From an archaeon (GTDB taxonomy: Archaea > Iainarchaeota > Iainarchaeia > Iainarchaeales > CSSED10-239), in contig DAOMZT010000005.1 in assembly GCA_035400625.1 (NCBI GenBank), forward strand, positions 6,596-38,595: a stretch of 32,000 nucleotides of DNA, read 5' to 3'. The position numbers and the translations under genes were made by a program. Within the stretch, counting starts at the first letter, position 1. Every line of letters starts with the position of its first letter. Below are positions 8,476-17,895 of this stretch, in pieces. The notes beneath the pieces were generated by a model. It saw only the letters and a program-made list of their open reading frames with translations, was not told where the DNA came from and ran no database searches.

Positions 8476-9168
8476 ATGAAAACAAAAAAAATAATAGAAA
8501 TACAAAATGTAACAAAAACCTATAATATGGGTGACATTAAGCTTAATGCTTTAGAAAATATAAGCTTAACTGTATCTCGTGGAGAATTTCTAATTATAAT
8601 TGGACCTAGTGGTTCAGGCAAAAGCACACTTATGAACATTGTTGGTTGTCTTGACCTTCCTAGCTATGGGAAAGTATATCTAGATAATAAAGACATAACA
8701 AAAATGAGTGAAAGCAATCTTGCAAAGCTCAGAGGAAAAACCATAGGATTTATCTTTCAACAATTTAATCTTATGCCCACTTTAACTGCATTAGAAAATG
8801 TGGTTTTGCCTCTTGAATTTCAAAACGTAAATCCAACAAAAGCAAGAAAAGAAGCATTAGATAAGTTAAAAATCGTAGATTTAGAAGATAGAATAAATCA
8901 TTTACCAAAAGAACTGTCTGGAGGACAACAACAAAGAGTAGCAATTGCAAGAGCACTTTGTGGAAATCCAGAAATTATTCTTGCAGATGAACCGACAGGA
9001 AACCTTGATTCAAAAACAGGAATATTCATTATGGATTTTCTTAAAGAATTACATGAAAAGGGCAAAACAATAATTGTAGTTACTCATGATTTAAATATTT
9101 CTAAATATGGGGACAGAATAATACATTTAATAGATGGAAAAATAAATAAAATTGAAGAAAAAAGGTGA
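8476..9168 (+). CDS. ABC transporter ATP-binding protein, MacB/LolD-type
   Basis: Walker A GPSGSGKST, Q-loop, signature LSGGQQQRVAIARAL, Walker B ILADEPTGNLD and H-loop VTHD. The ORF track begins at a TTG (8410); the ATG at 8476 (MKTKKIIEIQNVTKTY) fits family N-termini. Confidence 0.9.
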   Translation: MKTKKIIEIQNVTKTYNMGDIKLNALENISLTVSRGEFLIIIGPSGSGKSTLMNIVGCLDLPSYGKVYLDNKDITKMSESNLAKLRGKTIGFIFQQFNLMPTLTALENVVLPLEFQNVNPTKARKEALDKLKIVDLEDRINHLPKELSGGQQQRVAIARALCGNPEIILADEPTGNLDSKTGIFIMDFLKELHEKGKTIIVVTHDLNISKYGDRIIHLIDGKINKIEEKR

Positions 9169-9174
9169 AAAATA

Positions 9175-10494
9175 ATGTCAAAAAGAATAATATTAGCATT
9201 GCTTTGTGTGTTAATACTGCCAAGTATTTTCGCAACAGATACAGAAGGGATTAACTTAAGTGCAACATTAATTAACCAAATTCCTGATCCTGTTAGAGCC
9301 GGAGAAATAGTAGAGTTTAGATTTAGCATTCAAAATTATGGAAGTGCCAGCGTAAATGATGCAATCATCTCTCTTGAAACCGGCTATCCTTTTGAAGAAA
9401 TGCCAGGAGAAAACTATAATATAACAATAAATAAGATTTCTGCATATCAAAATTCAGAATATGCAATAACAACAAAATACAAGTTATTAGTTAACAAAGA
9501 TGCACCAAATGGAGAATATGAAATTAAATTAAAAATAAATACTAACAACAACATTACAAACATCTATACTTTTGATGTTTTTGTGACAGGAAAAGAATAT
9601 GCACAAATAATTACAATCAATAAATCAAATATTGATTTTGGGAAAGTTGAACAGCTTGATTTCTTAATAAGTAATACAGGCAATTCACAACTTAAAAATT
9701 TAGTTTTTTCATGGACAGATCCCACTGAAACTTTACTTCCTGTTAATTCTGATAATACAAAATATATTAAATATTTAGATGTGGGTGCATCAACAACAGT
9801 TAGTTACAAAGTTATGGCTAATAGTAATGCAGATCCAGGACTTTATAAAATTGATCTTTCTTTAGAATTTGAAAACGAAGATTACAACGATACCAAAATA
9901 AATACAATTGCAGGAATTTTTGTAGGAGGACAAACAAACTTTGATATTACTTTTTCAGAAAGCAATAGTGGAAATATATCTCTTTCTATTGCTAATGTTG
10001 GAAACAATCCCGCATATGCAATTAATGTTATTATTCCTGAACAAGAAAATTACAAAGTAAGTGGAACCAACTCTTCAATTTTAGGCAATCTTGATAAAGG
10101 AGATTACACAATTGCTTCTTTTAATATAAGTCCAAAAAGAAGCTTTGATACAAACTCAATGCCTACAAACCAAATACCAAGAAGAACAGATAAAAACGAT
10201 AATTTACCATATGCAAATCCTACACATCAAAACAATCTAGAAGTTACAATAGAATACACGGACTCTATGGGACAAAGAAACTCAATAACAAAAAAAGTAA
10301 ATATTAGTTCAAATACAAATGTAGCTCCTAGCGAAATAACAAACAACACAAATTCCGGATATGTCGCACAATTTAATAGAAGAAGCCCAAGAACTAATTG
10401 GTATGTCTATATCATTATTGGATTAGTTTCTTTAGTTGCATTATTTTATGCACATAAATTTTATACAAAAAATAGCAAAAAGAAAAAACAATGA
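9175..10494 (+). CDS. Secreted, C-terminally membrane-anchored protein with three beta-sandwich repeats (COG1361 / CARDB-like 'S-layer domain' type)
   Basis: 439 aa. N-terminal signal peptide (ILALLCVLILPSIFA). Three repeats of the pattern ...NxG.s....v.... (IQNYGSASVND, ISNTGNSQLKN, IANVGNNPAYA). Many N-x-S/T sequons. C-terminal TM (WYVYIIIGLVSLVALFY) plus a Lys tail. AAGGTGA Shine-Dalgarno-like sequence before the ATG. The stop overlaps the next gene's start (ATGA). Confidence 0.6.
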   Translation: MSKRIILALLCVLILPSIFATDTEGINLSATLINQIPDPVRAGEIVEFRFSIQNYGSASVNDAIISLETGYPFEEMPGENYNITINKISAYQNSEYAITTKYKLLVNKDAPNGEYEIKLKINTNNNITNIYTFDVFVTGKEYAQIITINKSNIDFGKVEQLDFLISNTGNSQLKNLVFSWTDPTETLLPVNSDNTKYIKYLDVGASTTVSYKVMANSNADPGLYKIDLSLEFENEDYNDTKINTIAGIFVGGQTNFDITFSESNSGNISLSIANVGNNPAYAINVIIPEQENYKVSGTNSSILGNLDKGDYTIASFNISPKRSFDTNSMPTNQIPRRTDKNDNLPYANPTHQNNLEVTIEYTDSMGQRNSITKKVNISSNTNVAPSEITNNTNSGYVAQFNRRSPRTNWYVYIIIGLVSLVALFYAHKFYTKNSKKKKQ

Positions 10495-11741
10495 GATTTA
10501 AAAAGATCATAGAACTTGCTGTAAACTATGTAATTCATAGTAAATTAAGAAGCTGGTTAACCATCTTAGGTATAGTTATAGGAGTTTCTTCTTTTGTTGC
10601 TATATTGGCACTTGGAGAAGGAATGAACCAAGATATTGAAAATCGAATGGCTTCTTTACAAGTTGATCAAATAAACATAACTACCGGCTTTTCTAGGGCA
10701 ATGGGGGCAATGCCTGGTTTTGAAGGTGGAGGTCCTCGTGGCTCTGGCGGAATAAGAAATCCAGAAAGTACATCAAAAGACACAAATCTCACAAAAAAAG
10801 ACATTGCATCAATCAAAGGATTACCTGAAATTGATGTAATAAGCACAGAAGTTTCAGGAAGAGAAACCATTTATTATAATGGAGAGAAAATTGAGAGGGG
10901 CATATTGGGAGTAGATGTGATTAATTGGTTACAAATTACAAACCTAGAACTAACAAGTGGAAGACTTCTTGGACCTTCAGATAAATACTCTGTATTAATT
11001 GGAAACAGAATAGCAACAGAAAGTTTCTCTAAAGAAATACCATTAAATTCTTTAATAACAATAAATAACAAATCCTTTAGGGTTGTTGGGATTATAAAAA
11101 ACAGTCAGGAAATAATAATACCACAAGATATTGCCTACATTGTGTTGCCAGATACTACACCTAATAAATATGATAGAATTATTGTTAAGGCTTCGAGTGT
11201 TGATGATGTAAATTATCTAACTACAGAAATAACAAACAGATTAATGATGTCAAGACATGTTACAGCAAGAACAAAAGATTTCTCTGTATCTGCAGTAAAA
11301 GACAATATTGAAAGAATGAGTGAGATGAGTAATTCTATGATACTATTCCTTGCTATAATTGCAGCAATTTCTTTAATTGTTGGAGCTATTGGCATTGCCA
11401 ACACAATGTTTACCTCTGTTCTTGAGAAAACAAAAGAAATTGGAATTATGAAATCAATTGGGGCAACCAACAATGATATACTTTTAATCTTTATTTGCAC
11501 TTCTGCTTTCTATGGGATAGTAGGTGGAATTTTGGGCGTACTTCTTGGAGGAGCAATATCTGGCACTCTTGGTTCATATATTGGTATAACTATGGTAAGG
11601 GGAGGAGGCAATAGTGCATTATCCTTTACTCTTGCTCTAAAGGGTGTACTTCTTGCAACAGGGATTAGCATTATCTCTGGATTCTTTCCAGCATATCGTG
11701 CTTCAAAGCTAAAACCAGTAGATGCTCTAAGATACGAATGA
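10491..11741 (+). CDS. ABC transporter permease, MacB/FtsX family
   Basis: 416 aa. N-terminal TM, large extracytoplasmic domain, then the FtsX-type C-terminal 3-TM bundle (EIGIMKSIGATNNDILLIF...) ending in the typical PAYRASKLKPVDALRYE. Confidence 0.85.
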   Translation: MRFKKIIELAVNYVIHSKLRSWLTILGIVIGVSSFVAILALGEGMNQDIENRMASLQVDQINITTGFSRAMGAMPGFEGGGPRGSGGIRNPESTSKDTNLTKKDIASIKGLPEIDVISTEVSGRETIYYNGEKIERGILGVDVINWLQITNLELTSGRLLGPSDKYSVLIGNRIATESFSKEIPLNSLITINNKSFRVVGIIKNSQEIIIPQDIAYIVLPDTTPNKYDRIIVKASSVDDVNYLTTEITNRLMMSRHVTARTKDFSVSAVKDNIERMSEMSNSMILFLAIIAAISLIVGAIGIANTMFTSVLEKTKEIGIMKSIGATNNDILLIFICTSAFYGIVGGILGVLLGGAISGTLGSYIGITMVRGGGNSALSFTLALKGVLLATGISIISGFFPAYRASKLKPVDALRYE

Positions 11742-11854
11742 TTTTTTTTCAGAAAAATTTATGTCTTTAGGTTTTATAGTGTGCCTAAAAAAATAAATAT
11801 TCTTTATTTTAATATATATTAAAATACATTTCTAAACCTAAATATATATTTAAC

Positions 11855-13789
11855 ATGAACAAATTTAAACTTGTTGCCCCTTTTTCTCCAGATGGAGACC
11901 AGCCTCATGCAATCAAACAGCTATCAGCAGGGCTTAATAAAAAGTTTAAGAAAGTGCAGACTCTTCTTGGAGTTACGGGCTCAGGAAAAAGTTTTACAAT
12001 CTCAAACGTTATTGCTAACTATAACAGACCAACTCTTGTCTTGGCACATAACAAAACTTTGGCTGCTCAGCTCTATAATGAACTTAAGGAGTACTTTCCA
12101 GAAAATAAAGTAGAATATTTTGTCTCATATTATGATTATTATCAACCAGAAAGCTACATTCCTCAAAAAGACCTTTACATTGAGAAAAACACAAAAATAA
12201 ACGACAAGATAGAACAAATGAGGCTTTCTGCAACTACTTCTCTTATCTCAAGAAACGACGTCATTGTTGTTGCTTCTGTCTCTTGTATCTATGGCCTTGG
12301 CAACCCAGAAACTTTCAAAGAAAAAGGATTTACAATTACAAAGGGGCAAAAACTTAAAAGAACAGAATTATTAAGACAATTAATAGATATACAATTTGAA
12401 AGAAACGACATGGAGCTAGAGCCAGGAAGATTTAGAGTTAAAGGAGATGTCATTGATCTCTCTCCAGGCTATACTCAAAACATCATAAGAATAGAATTAT
12501 TTGGCGAAATTGTTGACAGAATCACAGAGATAGACAAGATTACTAATCAAAAAATAAGTGACTTTGATAAATTTTATGTTCATCCTGCTAAGCAATTTGT
12601 TATAACTAAAGAATCTCTTTTGCCAGCTATCAAATCAATCAAAGAAGAACTAGAAGGAAGACTTCCAGAGCTTGAACCACTTGAAGCACACAGGCTAAAA
12701 CAAAGAACTCTTTATGATATTGAGATGATAGAAGAAACAGGCTATTGTAATGGCATAGAAAACTATTCTCGCCACTTTGATGGAAGAAAACCAGGAGAAA
12801 GGCCTTTTTGTCTTCTTGATTATTTCCCTGATGATTTCTTATTGATAATTGATGAAAGCCACCAGACAATACCTCAGCTTCACGGGATGTTTGCAGGGGA
12901 TTATTCTAGAAAGAAAACACTTGTTGATTACGGGTTTAGACTTCCTTCTGCTTTTGATAATCGCCCATTAAAATTTAAAGAATTTGAAAAGTTCATGGAT
13001 AATGTTATTTTTGTTTCAGCAACTCCTTCTGAATATGAATTGAAGTCCTCTTTCCAGGTTGTTGAACAGATTATCAGGCCAACAGGCCTAGTGGATCCTC
13101 CTGTCTTTATCAAGCCATCTAAAAACCAAATTGAAGATCTTTTAATAAATATTAGAAAAACAATAAAGAAAGGAAACAGATGTCTTGTTACTGCTTTAAC
13201 AAAAAAGCTTGCAGAAGAACTGGCTGATTTCTTATCTCGTCAAGGGATCAAAACAAGATATCTTCATTCAGAGATAAAAACTCTAGAAAGAACAGAGATT
13301 ATTCGTGAGCTTCGTTTAGGTAAGTTTGATGTGCTTGTAGGTATTAATCTTTTAAGAGAAGGAATTGATACCCCAGAAGTTAGCTTTGTTGGAATAATTG
13401 ATGCAGACAAGGAGGGCTTTTTAAGAGACCAAAGAAGCCTAATACAGATTATTGGAAGAGCAGCAAGAAACTCTGAATCTTATGTGCATCTCTATGCTGA
13501 CAAGATGACAGAATCCATCAAAGGCGCAGTAAAAGAAACAGAAAGAAGAAGAAAGATACAGATAGATTACAATATGCAAAACAATATTATTCCAAAGACC
13601 ATTATTAAACCAATAAGGGAAAAAGAAATTGATGAGATTAAAGACATCATGCACATACCAAGACCAGAAATACCAAACCTAATTATAGAGCTTGAAAAGC
13701 AAATGAGCGAGGCCTCAGAAAAGCTTGACTTTGAGACAGCCATAAGGCTTAGAGATAAGATAAAAGAACTAAAGAAAAGAGTAATTTAG
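11855..13789 (+). CDS. uvrB: Excinuclease ABC subunit B
   Basis: 644 aa with GDQPHAI, Walker A GVTGSGKSFT, YYDYYQPE beta-hairpin region, DESH box, helicase motifs (GINLLREGIDTPEV, QIIGRAARN) and a C-terminal UVR motif (FETAIRLRDKIKELK). Confidence 0.97.
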   Translation: MNKFKLVAPFSPDGDQPHAIKQLSAGLNKKFKKVQTLLGVTGSGKSFTISNVIANYNRPTLVLAHNKTLAAQLYNELKEYFPENKVEYFVSYYDYYQPESYIPQKDLYIEKNTKINDKIEQMRLSATTSLISRNDVIVVASVSCIYGLGNPETFKEKGFTITKGQKLKRTELLRQLIDIQFERNDMELEPGRFRVKGDVIDLSPGYTQNIIRIELFGEIVDRITEIDKITNQKISDFDKFYVHPAKQFVITKESLLPAIKSIKEELEGRLPELEPLEAHRLKQRTLYDIEMIEETGYCNGIENYSRHFDGRKPGERPFCLLDYFPDDFLLIIDESHQTIPQLHGMFAGDYSRKKTLVDYGFRLPSAFDNRPLKFKEFEKFMDNVIFVSATPSEYELKSSFQVVEQIIRPTGLVDPPVFIKPSKNQIEDLLINIRKTIKKGNRCLVTALTKKLAEELADFLSRQGIKTRYLHSEIKTLERTEIIRELRLGKFDVLVGINLLREGIDTPEVSFVGIIDADKEGFLRDQRSLIQIIGRAARNSESYVHLYADKMTESIKGAVKETERRRKIQIDYNMQNNIIPKTIIKPIREKEIDEIKDIMHIPRPEIPNLIIELEKQMSEASEKLDFETAIRLRDKIKELKKRVI

Positions 13790-13827
13790 TAAAGTTTATA
13801 TAATCTAATAAACAATAGATATTTATT

Positions 13828-14517
13828 ATGAAACTAGGATTACCCAGAACAGAGAAAGTTCTAAACTATATCACTTATGGAACAATACTTTCTTTAGTTA
13901 TAGCTGTTGTTCTTGAAATAATAAATAAAAACTATGAGTTTCTTTATATTACGATTCTTTCCATAATCTTGTGCTTAGTGCCTTTTTTCATTCAAAGAAA
14001 ATATGAGATCAGATTGCCTTCTGAAATACAATTGGCAACTGTGTTATTTATTTATTCAGGTATTTTCCTAGGAGAAGTTCAAAATTTCTATGTTAAATAT
14101 TGGTGGTGGGATTCATTATTACACACCTTTTCTGGCTTTGCTATGGGCCTTGTAGTCTTTGGAGCATTGTATGTTCTGTACAAGACACAAAAAATAAAGA
14201 CAAAACCAATATTTATTGCAATTATTATTTTTAGTGTAACAATGACAATCGGAGTTCTTTGGGAGATATATGAATTTAGCTTTGATAGCTTTGCTGGAGG
14301 AAACATGCAAAGAGCAAAAAACCTTTGCCCAGAAACAGGTTACTGTGATTCTCGTCTGGGATTAATGGATACTATGAAGGATTTCATGCTTAATGGTATT
14401 GGCGCAATATTCGCATCTGTCTTAGGTTATATCTATATAAAGAAAGGCGAGCAATTTCTTCTTAATGGAATGATTAAAAGATTTATAGAAAATAATCCTA
14501 AATTATTCTATAAATAG
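13828..14517 (+). CDS. Polytopic membrane protein, YjdF/DUF2238-like
   Basis: 229 aa with about 5-6 TM segments. Landmarks are NYEFLY near the N-terminus, WWDSLLHTFSGFAMG, WEIYEFSFD and DTMKDFMLNGIGA, which match my recollection of the YjdF family. Not verified. Confidence 0.45.
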   Translation: MKLGLPRTEKVLNYITYGTILSLVIAVVLEIINKNYEFLYITILSIILCLVPFFIQRKYEIRLPSEIQLATVLFIYSGIFLGEVQNFYVKYWWWDSLLHTFSGFAMGLVVFGALYVLYKTQKIKTKPIFIAIIIFSVTMTIGVLWEIYEFSFDSFAGGNMQRAKNLCPETGYCDSRLGLMDTMKDFMLNGIGAIFASVLGYIYIKKGEQFLLNGMIKRFIENNPKLFYK

Positions 14518-14518
14518 T

Positions 14519-15361
14519 TTATTTTCTCTCAACTTTTATATATCTTATATATCTATTTTCTAAGTCTTTTTGAAAACCAGTTGGAGTTGTTACAGAATCA
14601 AGATAAACAATATCAGAAAAGCTAAACTGTTGTGAATATTTTTTACCACCATAACTTTCCAGAAATCTACTAACTACTTCTGGTAATCTATCAAGCTGAT
14701 TAATCATTCTTTTTCTGTGTTTTTCAGGGATATCAAAATGGCCTTTTCGAAAATCAGTAATTCTTTCTTTTGTTGGTACTTCAATATATGCAACACCACC
14801 TTTTCTTAGCATACAAGAAGCATTAAAAACATTAAATGCAGGATAAAGTGTGTGAAGACCTACACTTGATGGCGCCATTACCAAATCATATCTTCCTTTA
14901 ATTTTAGATATTAATCTTTTATTTGCTTTTGGTTCTTGGGCAATTTGTTCTAATGCTTTTCCTGAAGATAAATCTTTTCTAACTATTCTTTTACTTAATA
15001 ATTCAGGATTTATTGTTTTGTGTAAACCTAAAACATCTATTTGTGGATTAATATTATTACTTTTTAATTCAATATTCAAACGAGCAATATCATGACCTGC
15101 ACCAGGTCCCAAGATTAGTAATTTAGGATGTTTATTTCCTGATTTTATTAAATGATTGATTGGATCTTTTCTTAAAATTTTAGAATTTATTCGCTTAAAT
15201 CTGACTCGTTGACCTTGGTTAGGCCAAGAATCTTTTTTCCACCCTTCTGCTCTAAATTCTACTGATTGTTTTAATTCTCTTTTTTTACCTACTTTTGGTT
15301 TAAGTTGAGATTTTGGTTTAGGTTTGGGTTTAAGAATTCTCCTTGCTAATTTCAATGCCAT
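14519..15361 (-). CDS. Class I SAM-methyltransferase-like Rossmann protein with a Lys/Pro-rich N-terminal extension
   Basis: 280 aa. MALKLARRILKPKPKPKSQLKPKVGKK leader. Motif I-like LLILGPGAGHD, then IDVLGL, YDLVMAP and LRKGGVAYIE in the order expected for the MTase fold. No closer family recognised. Confidence 0.4.
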   Translation of the reverse strand: MALKLARRILKPKPKPKSQLKPKVGKKRELKQSVEFRAEGWKKDSWPNQGQRVRFKRINSKILRKDPINHLIKSGNKHPKLLILGPGAGHDIARLNIELKSNNINPQIDVLGLHKTINPELLSKRIVRKDLSSGKALEQIAQEPKANKRLISKIKGRYDLVMAPSSVGLHTLYPAFNVFNASCMLRKGGVAYIEVPTKERITDFRKGHFDIPEKHRKRMINQLDRLPEVVSRFLESYGGKKYSQQFSFSDIVYLDSVTTPTGFQKDLENRYIRYIKVERK

Positions 15362-15374
15362 AAATATCTTAAGT

Positions 15375-16397
15375 TTAGATTTCTTTTAAAACATACTCTT
15401 TTGTTCCAAGACCAATACTTTCTGCATAATCAAAGGTCTTTTCCCCACCAAATACTTTTCTGTTTTCTCTCTTGTTTAAAATATCATAACACGCCTTATC
15501 AAGAGCAACAGGGTCAGTTCCTGCAAGTATTCCTATGTCTTTAGCTATTATCTTTGTACGCGACATACAATCACAGTTGTCTGTAATGTTTAGTAAGAAG
15601 TTAATATAAAGTATTTTAACATCCTTGTTTGCTTTTGTTGCAGCCAAGGCATATTCGCAAAGTTTTTCCTCAAAGACGCCAGGCATTGTTGATATCCAAT
15701 TAACAGTACATGCACGATGAGGACAAATAGCTATACATTTTGCACAGCCAATACATTTTTTGGTGTCAATGCGAGGAATTATGCCAATGGTTATTGCATT
15801 AACTGGGCAGTTCTGTTCACATAGACGACACCTTTTACATTTCAGAGGGTTGATTATTGGTTTGGCATTAGAATGCATGTCTAGTTTTCCTGGGCGTGCT
15901 GCAAAGCCCATACCAAGTTGTTTGATTGCCCCGCCAAAGCCAGCAAGACTATGCCCTTTAAAATGAGAAAATACAATTATTTGATTAAAGTCGCCATAGG
16001 CTTTTCCAATTTTGCATTTTTGAAAATGTTTTTTATTAATTTCTACTTCTATAAACTCTTCGCCAGTATCTCCATCTGCAATGATTATTGGAAGATTAGT
16101 AAAGCCATGTTCTCTTGCTAGTTGAATATGGCTATCTTTTGCTGTTCTTTTGCTCTTATATAATACATTTGTTTCTATATAAGCTGGGCTTCCTCTATTT
16201 AGCTTAATATAATTTATAAGCTTGTCATAATTTTTAGGAGAAATAAAAGTATTGTTTCCTTCTTCTCCAAAATGCACTTTGATTGCCAAGTTATCAACAA
16301 AGCCAGGATTAATTTTTTTAAACACCTCAATTACAGCAAGATTTATCTCTTCTGTTTTAGAATAACTATCAATTGCTTTAAAATATACTTCTGACAT
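15375..16397 (-). CDS. DUF362 domain protein with an inserted 2x[4Fe-4S] ferredoxin module
   Basis: 340 aa. Two CxxCxxCxxxCP motifs (CKRCRLCEQNCP, CIGCAKCIAICP) sit inside a DUF362-like scaffold (IKVHFGE..., DHS..AGFGGAIKQLGMG, NCDCMS). Confidence 0.75.
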   Translation of the reverse strand: MSEVYFKAIDSYSKTEEINLAVIEVFKKINPGFVDNLAIKVHFGEEGNNTFISPKNYDKLINYIKLNRGSPAYIETNVLYKSKRTAKDSHIQLAREHGFTNLPIIIADGDTGEEFIEVEINKKHFQKCKIGKAYGDFNQIIVFSHFKGHSLAGFGGAIKQLGMGFAARPGKLDMHSNAKPIINPLKCKRCRLCEQNCPVNAITIGIIPRIDTKKCIGCAKCIAICPHRACTVNWISTMPGVFEEKLCEYALAATKANKDVKILYINFLLNITDNCDCMSRTKIIAKDIGILAGTDPVALDKACYDILNKRENRKVFGGEKTFDYAESIGLGTKEYVLKEI

Positions 16398-16510
16398 AAC
16401 TTATCACACAATAAATAAATAACATCAAACAATATATAAAGATTATTTAATCTTTATGGTTATTAAAAAATAAAGAACATTTCTAAATCTATAGAAAAAC
16501 CCAAAGATCT

Positions 16511-17272
16511 CTATCGCTTTTGAGTAACCAGATATATGCTTTCGCTATTTTTGTCATCAAACTTTGAAAAGTTTGGGCCTCCATAAACTTTTAAAACCTT
16601 AAAACCGTTTCTTTCAAGTATATCTTTTAGTTCTTTATAGACATAAATCTGCATGTCCCAATGGTTTTTAATAACATGATATGGCCTAATACCATGCTGA
16701 ATATAAAGCTCATGTTTTGTTGTAAGTATTCCCTTCTTTTGGTCTATTTTGTTTTCACAAAACCTTACAAGAAAAAGATCTCCGACTTCTTCCATATTAT
16801 CTATGTGCTTTTTTAATGGCAGGCCTTTAGGTAATACATTCAGATTATAAATATCAAAAATATAGTAGCCATTTGGCTTTAGATTTTTTTTAAAATTTAA
16901 AAGAGCCTTTTCAAAATCTGCTTTAGAAAGATGCCCAATTGCATTAAACATTGTAATAACAGCATCTGCCTTTCCATGATTAATGGTTCTCATGTCTCCC
17001 ACTATAAATCTATCTTTTATTTTTAGTTTCTTTAATTTATTATTTGCAACAGAAACCATGCCTTTAGAATAATCGCTTGCTTTTATCTTGTATCCTTTCT
17101 CCAGAAAATAAATTGCTTGGGCTCCTGTCCCGCAGGTAAGATCAAAAACAGATTTTATGTTATATTTCTTAAAGATCTTTTCAAGAAATAAATTTCTTTC
17201 TTTGTTTTCCTTTTCGCTTGTTTCTAAAAAATCATAATAATTACATGATTCATCAAAATTATATTGTTTCAT
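16511..17272 (-). CDS. Class I SAM-dependent methyltransferase
   Basis: 253 aa. Motif I VFDLTCGTGAQAIYF, acidic post-I residue (KASDYS), VGDMR, and AVITMFNAIGHL typical of Methyltransf_11/25-type enzymes. Confidence 0.85.
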   Translation of the reverse strand: MKQYNFDESCNYYDFLETSEKENKERNLFLEKIFKKYNIKSVFDLTCGTGAQAIYFLEKGYKIKASDYSKGMVSVANNKLKKLKIKDRFIVGDMRTINHGKADAVITMFNAIGHLSKADFEKALLNFKKNLKPNGYYIFDIYNLNVLPKGLPLKKHIDNMEEVGDLFLVRFCENKIDQKKGILTTKHELYIQHGIRPYHVIKNHWDMQIYVYKELKDILERNGFKVLKVYGGPNFSKFDDKNSESIYLVTQKR

Positions 17273-17278
17273 AATATA

Positions 17279-17893
17279 TCATTCCTCTAAGTGTTTAGTA
17301 CAATTATGTAAGATAATCTTATTATTTCTATCTTTATCTATATCAAAGATGGAAACGCCTGTGTTGTCTTGTGCCTTTATATCAAAATAACCTTCTCCTG
17401 TGATTACAGAAATTATGGCTTTTCCAAAACTTCCATGGCTTACAATAACAACAACATCATCTTTATGTTTTTCATAAATATCATCTATAAATTCCTTTGC
17501 TCTTTTTATAAGACTTTCTGAAGATTCCATTCCGTATTTTTTTATATTCTCTGAATTATATGAAAATTCTTTAGGAAACGCTTCATTATCTTTAAAATTA
17601 GGATCTACCTGACTTTTTCTCAATCCTTCTATTGATCCATAATATCTTTCTCTTAATTTCTCTGTAAAGACAATTGGGACTTTTGAATGATATTTGTGAA
17701 TTTCTCTTGCAGTGTCGCTTGCTCTTTTCAGATCACTTGAATAAATAATATCTAATTGTTCTTCTTTAAAACGTTGCCCAAGTTTTAGTGCCTGTTTTGT
17801 TCCTTCAACAGATAATTGACCATGACCGTGGCCCTGTAAAACTCCTTCAATATTACCTAGGGTTTCTCCATGTCTAGTTAAAATTAATCTCAT
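17279..17893 (-). CDS. Histidine phosphatase superfamily protein (phosphoglycerate mutase / GpmB / CobC-like)
   Basis: 204 aa. Catalytic RHGET at residues 7-11 (MRLILTRHGETLGN), IYSSDLKRASDTA and SHGSFGKA, the second catalytic His region. Confidence 0.85.
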   Translation of the reverse strand: MRLILTRHGETLGNIEGVLQGHGHGQLSVEGTKQALKLGQRFKEEQLDIIYSSDLKRASDTAREIHKYHSKVPIVFTEKLRERYYGSIEGLRKSQVDPNFKDNEAFPKEFSYNSENIKKYGMESSESLIKRAKEFIDDIYEKHKDDVVVIVSHGSFGKAIISVITGEGYFDIKAQDNTGVSIFDIDKDRNNKIILHNCTKHLEE

Positions 17894-17895
17894 AT

